This document shows, one piece after another, positions 23,656 through 36,518 of a stretch of DNA of 64,000 nt. Source of the stretch: Azolla caroliniana (lineage: Eukaryota; Plantae; Polypodiophyta); the NCBI GenBank assembly GCA_043228905.1, contig JBHGNT010000012.1:2666001-2730000 (forward strand), given 5' to 3'. A model generated the notes under the pieces. It made no database searches. It was not told where the DNA came from and was given only the letters and a program-made list of their open reading frames with translations. Numbering within the stretch: position 1 is the first letter of the stretch; the number at the start of each line of letters is the position of its first letter. The position numbers were made by a program, and so were the translations under genes.

Positions 23656-25596
23656 AACTGAGAAATAGAGTCTCTGATTTCGCAAGAAGTTCTAATGATT
23701 GGGTTTCATTTGAGCAAGCTTTATTAAATGAATACATGCTTGGTGACACAATCCGAGCATCAAGGAGGAGTTTCTTAGATTGGGTGGACAAAGAGGACAA
23801 GAAGATTTCAGTGATGGAGTTGTTGAAAGAGTTTGAAGCTCGTTATAATCAATTAACAACGAATGAAAGGACTCTTTTGGGCCAAGAGAAGAAAGGTCAT
23901 ATTATTCTTGACGGCATCAAACCGATCCTATCGAGAAAAATTAGTTGCATTCCTTGAAGACTGAACTACACCGACTAGTGCTGCTTGGAATTGAGTACAT
24001 GAATCTTGCAACAGAATGAACAAAAGAGCCCAATGGTGTGAGGATCTTTCAATTACCGAAGGTATGAAAGATGAAGTGAAGACAAGCATCAAGGAGGATA
24101 TTGGGAGTCCGTCAACTATTTCCAAGGTACCCGAAACAATGATGGACGATCTTATCAAAGGTATAAAAGATATTTCATTACATGTTGCAAAGCTACAAGA
24201 AGAAAAATCCTCACAACCCCAAAAAGATTATGAAAGAAGATGCATATGGTGTGATAGCGTCGACCATTCAAGAGGAGGGTGTGATAACTATCAAGAAGCG
24301 ATAGAAAGAGGGGTGATATTCTTCAAAGATGGTAAGATTCATTCTTCTGAAACTCGATTACCTCTCCGAACTAACTTTAGAAGAGGTGGTATGAGAAGGA
24401 TCATCGAAGATGCGGAAATAACTAGGACACAAGTTGTCTATCAACCAACAACTACAGTCATCCATGTTGGTGAAGGAGGATTTGAATCTGAGTTTTGGCC
24501 GTGTATTTTGAAAGCTGCAAGAAAGGGTAAAATTGAGTTTGAAAAGTTGAAGTCTGGAGGTGATGCTATTCGAAGCAAAACTAGTTGGGAAGACCCAATG
24601 GATGACCTCACAGCTTTCGCGAAGTTTGCAACAACCCAAGCCCATGAAGTGATCATTGAAGAGAAACGGAAATGGGTAGAAAATGAAGATAACAAGAAGA
24701 GGGAGCTAAGAAGCGCTAAAAAAAGGGAAACAAAAAGTCCAAAAATGGTAAGCCCTGACATTGAAAAAGGTAAGGATAAGAAGAGTCCTGCATTCAAATT
24801 ATTATCTAATATTGAAGCTTCAACTGATTTAAAAAAAGTATTGGAAGAAAGAATTTTAGATAGTGAAGTGGAACTTTCCTTGAGGGAACTTTTGGGCATA
24901 GCTAAAAAAGAATTTCATGATGCAATAATAGATGGAATTAAAAGAAAACGACAAAGTATTGAAGCCGTTGAAAACCCAGGAAGTGAAGTAAAGAAAGCAA
25001 CGGTGGAAGTCCTCAAAGGTGAACCAAGCTCTTCCATTGTTGGTACACAAGCTATTGCGATGACAACTTTTGAAGAGAAGCCGAAAGAGCTAAAAAGCTA
25101 CTATGCTAGGAAACATTGGGCAAGAGCAACAACTGAGACACCCGTGAAGATTGAAAACCTTGAAGATCCGATTGTGGCCTTAATTGTCCACGGGTCAAAA
25201 ATTAATCTAATTTCTTATGATATTTATAGGAAAGGTGGATGCCCAATGGAAACAAATCATGGGTGGAGGGTAAAATCGGCTAATTCAACATCCAAGCAAC
25301 TTCATGGAGCTTGCCCAAACATCAAAGTTACCATTGGAGTTGTGCCAATGGAGCAACATTTCTTTATCCAAAAGACCTCGTCATACCCAGTGATTCTTGG
25401 TCAACCATATATCACATCTTCTAGGATGGAGACAAAGGTGCTTGAAGATGGATCGACATATGCTAGAATTCGGAGTACTGATGGTAAAAGGAGTGTTCAA
25501 TCTCTTATTGTTAGGAAGGAGCATGATAGAAATAAAGAAGAATTACGAATTAACTCATGTGAGCATGATATGTCATCTTATGAGTCGGAATTTTAA
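23656..25596 (+). pseudogene. Ty3 gag (N-truncated) and aspartic protease, inverted relative to the LTRs of G
   Basis: CIWCDSVDHSRGGC knuckle; SLRELLGIAKKEFH; HWARATTET; ALIVHGSKINLIS; VILGQPY. Confidence 0.88.
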
Positions 25597-27239
25597 ATAG
25601 GACCATTGATGGGCAAGGACACAATGGTCCCAAAGCTTTTCTTTCCTTGCAAAAATATTTTCTAATTAATAAAACAGTCAATACTTTGTCTAATACAATG
25701 AATGGATTTACCTGTTACTTTGGTGTGGAAAGTCATGCACAAAATAAAGGGAACAGGAAGATGTTGGATGCATTGTGCACTTCAGGGATGATTGAAAGGG
25801 ATGACATAATTTCTGGTATGTTTCTTGAATATTCAGATATGGATATAGTCAAAATATTAGAAAATTGCTTGAATGAGAAAGAATGCGACAAGAGATTTGT
25901 TCATGTAAATTCTATTGATATGTACCTTCATATTGTTGATTTTATTGAAAAAAATGGTTGTTTAGCTAATAGTGAAATAGTTGGCAATAGCTATCATGAA
26001 ATGGCTAAAAAAGCAAGTAAAAATAGTTATGCAATAAAAGTTAACACTAAATATAAAACAATAGACAAAAAGGTCAAGCCCGTGGCCATGCATCTACCTA
26101 TGGATAGTACTAAAATGAAAAAGAATGTTGCGTTTGAACCAACATTGCGGGATTCTAAGGATATTGGTCATAAGTTTACAAATGCTACTCTAGATCAACT
26201 AAAATTTGGTGAGAATGATTTTCTTTTGCCTGTTGAGATACAATGTTTTCAAAATATGATTGCTAGTCATGGGAAAGCATTTGCATTTGAGTTGAGTGAA
26301 ATTGGTTATGTAGACCCAACAGTTGTGGAACCAATGATTATATTTACAGTTCCGCATATTCCTTGGGATTTAAGGCCTATCCCTGTTCCTCGAGCCCAAA
26401 TAGCTTTGCCTAAGGAAAAAATAGAAATGGGTATCTTGGAGCCATCAGATGCCCCCTACTCGAATAAGTGGTTTATTGTACCTAAAAAGAACGGTTCATT
26501 AAGGTTCATTCAGGATTTACAGCTTGTCAATAGAGTTACTATTTGAAACATCAGTGTTGGACCGATTGTAGATGCTTTTGCAAAAGCTTTCGCAGGAAGA
26601 GCTATATATTCTATGTGTGATTTCTATTTAGGATATGATCAATTTCAGTTTGCTATTGATAGTCATGATATAACTACTATAAGAACACCAATTGGATTGA
26701 TGCGAATGTGTACATTGCCTTAAGGTGCTACAAATTCTGTAGCACATATGGTGATTGCTATGAATAAAATTTTAAAAGATTTTGTACCAAAAATAACTAT
26801 GCCTTTTCTAGATGATGTTCCAATTAAAGGATGCTCGATGAATAAGAAGGATGAAAAAATCATGTCGAACGGATGTAGAAAGTTTGTTGCAGACCACATT
26901 GATGCTTGTGAAAGAATCCTTTCAAGGTTAGAAGAGGTTCATCTTACATTTTCAGGTCAAAAATCTATGTTTGGGGTTCAAGAAGGTCTGATTGCAGGGC
27001 ACATGTGTGGACCCTACAAAAGAAAACCATCCCCAGTTAAGGTAAATGCAATTCAAATTCCAAAGGATGATTGTAAATCTCTAACAGAAGTGCGTAGGTT
27101 TTTGGGTGCTTGTGTGTTTTACCGAATTTGGATTCCACATTTCGCACATGTGGCTGATCCGCTTTATGGGTTGCTTAAGAAGAATTCAAGTTTCCTTTGG
27201 ACTAATGTACATGTACAGATGCAATTCGCCAACTAAAAT

Positions 27240-30200
27240 TGTAGGAGATGAACAAGGCCGTCAGTGCAGAAGAGATCACACAGTATGAATCTATGAGGAA
27301 GAAATACCTGCGTATGAGAGAGTCAAGAACAAATTACGTACAGAGAGAGAGAGAGAGAGGCACAAAGAATATATCTATATTCATAAAGGGGCAACCGTTA
27401 CAACAATGAACAACCAACCTTTACAAAAGGTTACAAAATCACTTTATATAGTGACTCACTTAGGGCAACTGCCCTTTATGTTATTTACAGAAATAGCCCG
27501 AACTTTGGCTCTCTAAGAGGATAGTGTGAATACGTCCATTATACATTTGTATTCGACACTCCCCTGTAATGGGCATATACATGGGTTATCTAAAAAATAT
27601 AGGTATAGGCATAGGTTCTCGGACAGGTCGATTTTGTTCGAATCGGCATGATCCGTAGACAGAAGACCGAACTGGTCGGGTCGGAAAAACTGAAGACGAT
27701 CGTTAGTGAACCGATGTCTGTTGTCCGAAACCATCCTGCACTATGTCCGGCTTCAACCGGACCGATATGTTGTTACGCCCATCTGTTGCCGAAGAGACCG
27801 GAACCAGTCTGCCGAAAGACACTTGGTCATTCCATCTGCGACATTATCGGTTGTGGATATCTTCTCTAAACCGATTTTCCCGGAAATGACGCAGTCCCGA
27901 ACGAAGTGATATCGAACTTCGATATGCTTGGAGGCGTTGTGATGAACCAGATTTTTCGACAAAGCAACATCACTCTGACTGTCGCTGTAGACAACTGGAG
28001 CCAAGTCGGAGTCGACTTGCCGAAACGTGTGCGCCAGCCAACCGAGCCATAAAGCTTCTTTCGCTGCGTCGGAGGTAGCTACATATTCTACTTCGGTCGT
28101 TGAGGTGGTTGTGCACTCCTGAAGTTTCGACTTCCACGAGATTGCTCCATTGCCGAATTTAAAGCAATATCCGGTTGTTGACTTGCAACTGTCCACACAA
28201 CCGGCGAAGTCCGAGTCGGTGTAACCGGCTATGCCTAAAGTTGAGTTTGGACCGAAAAGGATGTCGTGGTCTTTTGTGCCGGCTAAATATCTGAACACAT
28301 GCTTGACTGCGTTCCAGTGAGATCGGCCGGGATTGTGCATAAATCTGTTGATGACTCCTACGGCGTGAGAAATATCAAGTCGTGTCGCGACCATCGCGTA
28401 CATCAGAGAGCCTACTGTCGGTGCATACGGTACCGACTTCATGTCTTCCCCCTCCGGACTGGATGTCGGGAAGTCTCGCTGAGAAAGTCGAAGATGAATG
28501 GGGAGTGGGGTCGAAGCAGACTTGGCTGATTGCATGTTGAAGCGTTCCAAGACACGTCCGATGTAGTCGGTTTGAGACAGAAAAAGCTATCTTTTGGCGC
28601 GATTCCGACTAATCTTCATTCTGAGTATGTGTCTTGCCGGACCAAGGTCCTTCATGGCAAACTTCAATCGCAGTTTCCGAACGAGTTCGGTGAGCTCTCC
28701 GGTATGCCGACCGGAGAGTAGCATGTCGTCCACGTAGATGATGAGGAAGACGAGAGAACCGTCTTGAGTTGTTTTGGTGAAGAGGCAGTGATCCTCATCG
28801 CTCTTGGAGAAGCCGACCGACTGGATGAAATCGTCGAACTTCTTGTACCACTGTCGGGGTGCCTGTTTCAGGCCGTAAAGACTCTTCCTGAGTCGGCAAA
28901 CTAGATGTTCCTGACCGGTGGCCACAAAGCCTTTCGGCTGCTCCATGTAGATTTCCTCCTGTAGATCACCGTGGAGGAATGCCGTTTTCACATCTAGCTG
29001 AATCAGCTCCAAATTGTCGGCTGCCACAACACCGAGCATGAAACGAAGGGTTGTCATTTTCACCACTGGTGAAAAGATTTCGTCGAAGTCTACGCCATAT
29101 TCTTGTCGAAATCCCTTCGCAACTAATCTGGCCTTGTACTTTGGGGTGGACGAGTCGGACGTCTCCTTTAGTCTATAGACCCACTTGCAAGGAAGAGCAC
29201 GTCGATTCTTTGGTAAGTCGACCATATCCCAAGTCTTGTTGGCACGAATGGAGTGCATTTCCGACTCCATTGCCAGATGCCAGGTGGCTGAATCGGCAAT
29301 TGCCGATGCTTCTTCGTAGGACGTCGGTTCGCCGGCGTCAGTGAAGAAAATTCCGGGAGAGTACCTCTCAAGAGGTTGTGACGGTCTCTCAGATCTTCGA
29401 GGTATGACTGGACTGGTCGCACCGGGTGTCGATGTCGGATGGTCGGAAGCTGAGCCATTCGGCTGTGCCGAATCTGTGGATTCGGTGCGAGAGAAGTCGG
29501 TTACCCGTGAAACCGGTCTCGTGTTGTGTGTTGGGCTGTCATGAAGGGTTGGCACTTTGGAAAATATTACCCTTCGGACTTCAATAGGCCTTTTGGCCGT
29601 TTTGTGCATAGTCGACTCGTTGAACACTACGTCCGAACTTCGGACGATTTGCCTGTGCTCGGGGTCCCAGAGTCGGTATCTGATCTCACCGTCGGGTCCG
29701 TACCCGAGGAAAACGCATTTCCTTGATCTCGGTTCGAGCTTTCGGCGGTCGTCTTTCGGTATGAGAGCGTATGCCTCGCAACCGAAAATCCTCAGCTTAT
29801 CATAATTCGGCTTTCTGCCGGTCCATATTTCCTGAGGTATCTTAAGTCCTAGAGGTCTACTTGGCGACATATTGATTATGTGTACTGCCATGAGTAGAGC
29901 CTCTGCCCAGAAGCCATCTGACAGTCCGGAGTGTTGGAGCATGGATACAACGCGTTCTTGAATCGTCTGATTCATGCATTCTGCGATTCCGTTCTGCTCC
30001 GGACTATATGGTGCCGTATATTCACATCTAATGCCGCGTTCTCGGCAAAATTTGATGAATTCATCAGATTTGAACTCACCTCCATTGTCGGTTCGGAGAC
30101 ACTTCAGTTTCCGACCGGTCTGGTTTTCGACCATTGCGAGCCAATCTGAGAAGATCGAGAACACCCGATCTTTGGTTCTGATGGGGTAAGCCCACACCTT

Positions 30201-32585
30201 CCGAGTCGAGTCGTCAATGAAACTGACGAAGTACGAGGCACCACCTGAGTGACTGATGTGGCATCGGGCCACAGACGTTCGAATGGACCAAATCGAGCGG
30301 GCTCGACTCTCTTGGTGCTGATGTCGGGTGTGATGCGGCTACCCGTTTGCTGTACTGGCAATGCTCGCAAAACTGATGGTCCGAGAAGGAGAGTTTCAGG
30401 ATGTATCCGGCTCTGGATAGATGCGTGATGCCGGTCTTGCTGAGGTGTCCAAGTCGTCCATGCCATAAGGATGACACAGGGATATCTACCAGAAATAAGT
30501 CACCCTCTCTGAGTGTGACATACAAAGGGTACAATGAGTGTACCTTTGGCCCTCTAGCAAGCAGGAGGTTCCCTCTGTGGAGTGTCCACCCTCCTGATGA
30601 GAAACCAGCACGGATGCCAGCTTCATCAAGTTGTCCGACTGAGATCAAGGGTCGTGAGAGCTCAGGAACGTGTCGGACGTTGTGTAGTACGAGTGTAGAG
30701 CCACCCGGAAGGCTGAGCTCTACGGTGCCGATTCCGATGATAGCACAGTGTTGCGAATTTCCGACTCGAACTGAGTCGGAGTGCCGGTCCGAATATTGCC
30801 GAAACTGTGATCGGTGAGGTGTCACGTGATACGACGCGCCCGAGTCCAGAAGCCATGTGCTTGATTCCTCGGTCGTAAGCAGAACTTTTGATTCGACTGG
30901 ATTCTCTATGGACAATATGTTCAGGTCGGTCGTCAATATCTCGGCTGAAGAGCCAACGTAGTTGACTTCCTCATGTCGGTTACTCCTCTGATCAGCTCTC
31001 TGAGCTTTGTCTGTCTTTGACTTGAGTACCCGACAGTCGGCCTTGATGTGTCCCGGTTTCTTGCAATAGTTGCAGATTCGGGTTTCCCGGGACTTGCTGC
31101 GGCTTCGCTGATTTGTCGGCGGTCGGGAAGAACTTCTTCCCCGGTTGTTCGATCGGTCGGTCGAACCTTGTACTACATAGGCTTCTTCTGCCGAATATTT
31201 GGTGAAAGACTTTCTCCGAGCTGCTTCAATCAGGATTGCACTTGTGACTTCGGAGTACTTGATGGCAGTCGTAGAAGCGTTGCACACAGTTGTAATGAAG
31301 GTTTCCCAAGAGTAGGGGAGACTGCTCATGAGTATCATTGCTCTAAGTTCATCCTCGATTGTCGTCCCCTGTGACGAGATTTGGGAGCTCAAACTTTCGT
31401 ACTCGTTAAGGTGTGCTTGAACCGAATCGGAGTCTTTCATCTGCAGGTTGTAGAGGCGCCGGATCAAATACATCTTCGTTGACGCGACCTTCTTTTCGTA
31501 GGTTTCCGATAGCTTCTTCCAAAGTTCGAAGGTTGTCGTGCACGATTGCACTGTGAAGTACACTGACTCTGACAGGTGCATCCGAATCGTGGCGCGGACA
31601 ATTATGTCCAGCTTCTGCCACTCATTTGCCTTGTATATTTCTGGAGCAGTTTCATTCTCAATCGGATCGATCTGACCCTTGACTATAAGACAGTCTTGCA
31701 TTTGCTCCTTCCAAAAATTGAAGTTCGAACTGTCGAACCTCCTTAGACTCATTTCCGATGAGCCGGATGTTGATGCCATCAGATTCGGTTTCGGTTGACG
31801 AAGCTCGGTTCGAAGTTGACTACGAACCTTGTTGGAGTGCAGCCAGTCGGCTCACCCGATATTGTTCTAGTCGGATTTGAACCCGAGTCGGTTCGGTTTC
31901 GGATATATGTATTGTTGAACTTGCTCTAATTGACTCTGGTAACTCGAGGGATAGAACCGACTAGTCTTCCCGAATGTTACCGAGTCGGAGTGAGCCCAGT
32001 TCGCTTCCGAATATATATGCCAAATACCGATTATTGAAACCGATTGTCTAGATCGATTCTGCTTCGGGTGACTGCAGCGACGAGAAAGACGGATCCAATT
32101 GATCCTCACGAATGTCGATCAGTTGGATGAAGCACGAATTGGGGTTGTTGTCTTGAGACCGATCTGCACCGAGTGGATACAATGGGCGGCGAGCAGCGTT
32201 TGGTGACCTGTTCGGATGTCGTTTAACCGAGTGGAGCACGATCGTGTCAATGTTGCACAAGGGGATTTCACCTCGAGCGGTTACGATCACAAGGAACAGA
32301 GTACAGCCGGCTGGCTTACTCCAAGCTAAGATGATCTAACACGATGAGATGCAAGCCTTGTTTTTCTTCTTCTTCTCTCTTCTCTATTTCTTCAAATACA
32401 AAACAAAAAAAAACAGAATGTTGTGATCCAAAGATTCGAATGGCGGCCGGTAGCAGGATGAAGGACATTCAATCTCTAATACCAAATGTAGGAGATGAAC
32501 AAGGCCGTCAGTGCAGAAGAGATCACACAGTATGAATCTATGAGGAAGAAATACCTACGTATGAGAGAGTCAAGAACAAATTATG

Positions 32586-32618
<33 letters not shown>

Positions 32619-32815
32619 ACAAAGAATATATCTATATTCATAAAGGGGCAACCGTTACAACAATGAACAACCAACCTTTTGTAAAGGTTACAAAGTCACT
32701 TTATATAGTGACTCACTTAGGGCTACTGCCCTTTATGTTATTTACAGAAATAGCCCGAACTTGGGCTCTCTAAGAGGATAGTGTGAATACGTCCATTATA
32801 CATTTGTATTCGACA
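27240..32815 (-). mobile_element. Full-length Ty1/copia element C2 (Tnt1/Tork-like)
   Basis: LTRs 32487-32815 and 27240-27558; perfect TSD AAAAT; Met-type PBS TGGTATTAGAG next to the 5' LTR; PPT AGGGGAG. Confidence 0.97.
27753..31779 (-). pseudogene. Copia gag-pol polyprotein with two frameshifts (~30250, ~28570)
   Basis: CNYCKKPGHIKADC; WLLDSGASYH; LWHGRLGH; RTDNGGEF; KARLVAKGF; YVDDMLL; GYTDSDFAG; KHIEVRYHFVRD. Confidence 0.95.
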
Positions 32816-34536
32816 AAAATAAATGTTGTTGAATGCCCCTGTTTTACGGAAGATTAAGTATGATAGTGAACACCCCATCATTGTTACTATGGATACAAGT
32901 CCAATCAGGATCGGTTGGGCTGTTAGCCGAGAAGAGAAGGATGGGTTGAGATATGTAGTTCGATTTGGTGCAAAAATCTTAACAGAACACCAAAGAGCTT
33001 ACCCGCAAATTAAAAGAGAGTTATGGGGTATGTTAACAGCTATTAAAACATATCATGAATACTTAATTGGTGCTGAGGTTGTGGTTGAAACAAATTGTCG
33101 TCCATTGCTAGGAATGATTTCAAGTTGTGAAACATCTGATATAGCTATGCTTAGATGGATAGCTTACATAAAATCACTATGTCCTAAAATCAAGCACATT
33201 GCCAGAACGGATAACCCAGCTGCCGATATGCTCTCAAGAGCGAGGTTTAAAGGTAAAAGTATTATGGTAATGACTGATGAAGAAGATGAGAGTTTTGATT
33301 TCTTTTCCATAAGTTGTAACTTGAAGGGGTCATGTGATTTGGGTGTTCATGTTATTCTTTGTAAATATGAGTACGAGGGGGAGATTTTACAAATTGGAAA
33401 ATACTTAAGTACTCATGAGAAAGATGGAACATGGTCAAGGGAGTTATTTCATAAAATAAGAAAGAAAGGTTATAAATTTTTTCTTCAAGAGGGATATCTT
33501 TGGAGACATCCAAAAGTTGTGAAAGGGATTCCGCAAAGAGTTGTTGGAAGAGCAATAGAAACTAGTATTTGAATTTCATGATACTTTATGGGAAGGTCAT
33601 CGTGGAGTTTGGGCCACCTATTCAAAATTAAAAGAGAAGTTTTGGTGGGCTGGAATGTACAACGATGTTGCAGATTATGTACAATCGTGTGAGAACTGCC
33701 AAATGTATTCGAATATTCGGCATCGTGAAGGGTTGCAACCTACGTATTCTTTATCTCTACATTATAAATGGGTTGTGGATATTGTAATGATGCCTGTAGG
33801 GGTTTGGCAAATGAAATATCATGTATTGGCATGAGAAGATTTGACAAATCAAGTGCAAGGTCGAACCCTACGCCAAAAAATAATTTCAGCTATTTGTAAG
33901 TTCCTTCTTGAATATGTGATATGTAGGTACGGGTCCAAATGTGTCGGGGTGGTTGTGGTTCGTGCGGCGAAGTCACAGGAACTAAGGTTAAAGGGAGTCG
34001 GCTAAATTTTTTATAAGGCTTGTGTGTTGATGTTAGAAAGATTAAGGATAGGAAGAAGAAGAGTTAAAAGTAATGTGTGTGAGAGAGACGAGCATAGATA
34101 AGAGACAGAGACAATGTATGATAAAAGAATTGAAATGGTTGATAAGAACAAACTTTATATTAAGACTACATGATTTTACCAACTGTACAATGCTTCATCG
34201 CAAGATGCGATCTTTCTTTGCCAAACTCTAGATTTGAACCCTCGACTTCAACTAAACACGAGCCTCTTCGCAAATAAGCTAACTTGTTTTTTTGATTATA
34301 TTATTCTCTAACTTTCTCTTGATTTTCTCTCTTCTCTCTTTCACTCTTTAAATAGGTGCCCCCATGCATATGATGCTTTGGAGGGTACAAGACATGCATG
34401 TAATGCATGTGATGCATGATCGCCATTTGCCGTTCATGCATTACATGTGATGCATGGTAGACATCTCGCTTATTTGAGCTTTCATGTATGAAAATATACA
34501 TGGTATATAAGTAAAAACATAAAAGTATAAAAATAA

Positions 34537-36518
34537 GGGAAAAGTACCAGGATACCCCTGGAAGTTTGTCTATTTACCAGAATGCCCCTGAAAGTTCTAA
34601 ATTTACCAAACTACCCCTATGTCTAAAAAAATACACTCTATAAAGTAAATATACACTCAAATGTACAAGCCATATTTACCAAACTACCCTTCAAACAGAA
34701 AATTCTTTACTTAGTGATATCTGGAATATTTGGAACTATGGGTGTATGATTGCAATGGCACCCTAGTTCTTCTTCTTGTAGATTCAAAGAGCATAGAGAA
34801 CGAATTGGTTCACTAACTCTATAATCTCTAATGATCACTAGTTATTGCAAAATCTACAACATTTTTCGTCTATGGATTCAATATTGCAATGCAAAATTGG
34901 CATTTCTCTCTATATATCCAGATGGGGTGTGTGAAACATTTATATGTAATTGCTTACAGTAGAAACCAAATCCTAATTGCTATTTTCCCACAGATTCAGA
35001 TGAATAATGCAATTTTACAGCAAAATCTGTGCAACGCAATTCAAATAGATTATTCAAACCTTCAAAAATCTTAATTATGAACCCTTTATCCTGAGAGTTA
35101 ACATTATGTGAAATCACAAAATTTGTTTTCTTACACAAAGTTTGTCTTTCCTTCTGTTTGTTTCCTTCTTTCTCAGTCTCAAACTTTATGTTACATATTT
35201 ACTGTGAGTTGTTCGCAACAAATTTGCCTTAAGGTTGCAAACACATTGCATCCTTTTTTGCAACTTCTATCAAATTCTGGTTCCTTTTTTGAGCAATCAC
35301 AGGGGAATATTATGAAGTTTGAACATTTTGGGTGAATACACCCATAATCCCTTGAAAACCTAGTTCCTTTCTCCCATAGATCCTGGGTGAATATATCAAG
35401 TTTGGTCTACAGATACACAAATTACAACCAGAAGTTTTTATTTTCATGATCCGAAGGGAGTACATGGAACATTTTTGGGAAAAAAAATCTTAAATCTTAT
35501 CCCTTGGATTAAATTATTTTTGGTCCATGACTACAGATTTCTATTTACAAGCTATTTTTGTTTCCTAGAGTATTTTTGGGAGATTCTGCAGCCATGTAGA
35601 ATTGTGGATCATGATGAGAAGAATAGGAGGCTTTGCTAATGACATTCAAAATGTGAGTATCTCCTCCTACATATGGGAGCTTCCCATCCATTGGCCGAGA
35701 CATGATCTTTCCACCGAAGCTACACATTAACTTGATTTGATCATTGGTCGAAGCCTTAATCCGAGTAAAATCAGGATCCACCCCACCGATAGAGTTTATC
35801 CGAGTGGAAGACAGGTCCGAATCAGAAAGGTAATCCAAAGTCGATACTTTGGATAGATCACCATGTTGCTTCCCCTTTACTGCGGCATGATGGTTCTGAT
35901 GCGTAGGGTCTAAGGGATACCCCATTTGATGGCCGTATCTTCGTGCTCGTGGTGATGATCAAAGGAATTAGAGCAAGGGTTAAAGCTTCCCTCAGAAAGA
36001 CGATGTGGTGGCCACGATGTTTTTTGGCTATCCTTACCACAATTTTCTTCTTCTCCGATGCAATAATATCCTGCACCGCCATGGATACGAAGCTTCGAAA
36101 AGGTCGATGGAGATGTCTAGGTTAGCAGAGAGCTGCTGTCGTGTGAAGAGATGGTAAATTGGGGGAGGAAATTCCTAATGATGATGGTGGTGGTGGTGGT
36201 GATGAGGCAGATGTCGAAGAGGAAGATGAGTATGGTGAAGATGATGATGAGGACGATGGATATGGTTCGAGGGGGATATGATGGGGATGTGGAGGGTTTG
36301 AGGGGGATATGATTTATGAGCCAAATTTACCAAACTAGCCCTATGGTAAAAAAGTCTAGGTTTAAGGGTAGTTTGGTAAATATGGCTTGTACATTTGAGT
36401 GTATATTTACTTTATAGAATGTATTTTTTTGGATATAGGGGTAGTTTGGTAAATTTAGAACTTTCAGGGGTATTCTGGTAAATAGACAAACTTCCAGGGG
36501 TATCCTGGTACTTTTCCC
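34537..36518. mobile_element. Non-autonomous Mutator-like element (Pack-MULE)
   Basis: ~155-bp TIRs starting GGGAAAAGTACCAGGATACCCC (34537-34691, 36364-36518); perfect 9-bp TSD TAAAAATAA; no transposase; host-gene cargo. Confidence 0.95.
35545..35925 (-). pseudogene. Captured fragment of a plant PB1 (octicosapeptide/Phox/Bem1p) domain gene
   Basis: IKLMCSFGGKIMSRPMDGKLPYVGGDTHIL matches the N-terminal half of plant PB1 domains; similarity stops after SKASYS. Confidence 0.82.

Larger units (their letters stand above)
25590..33932 (+). pseudogene. Ty3 pol (RT 25590-27239; RNase H and integrase N-terminus 32816-33932), split by copia C2
   Basis: KYKTIDKKVKPVA; PWDLRPIPVPRA; KKNGSLRFIQDLQ; PFLDDVPIKG; VRRFLG; YPQIKRELWG; NPAADMLSR; integrase His/Cys region; ends at VICRYG. 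Confidence 0.88.
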
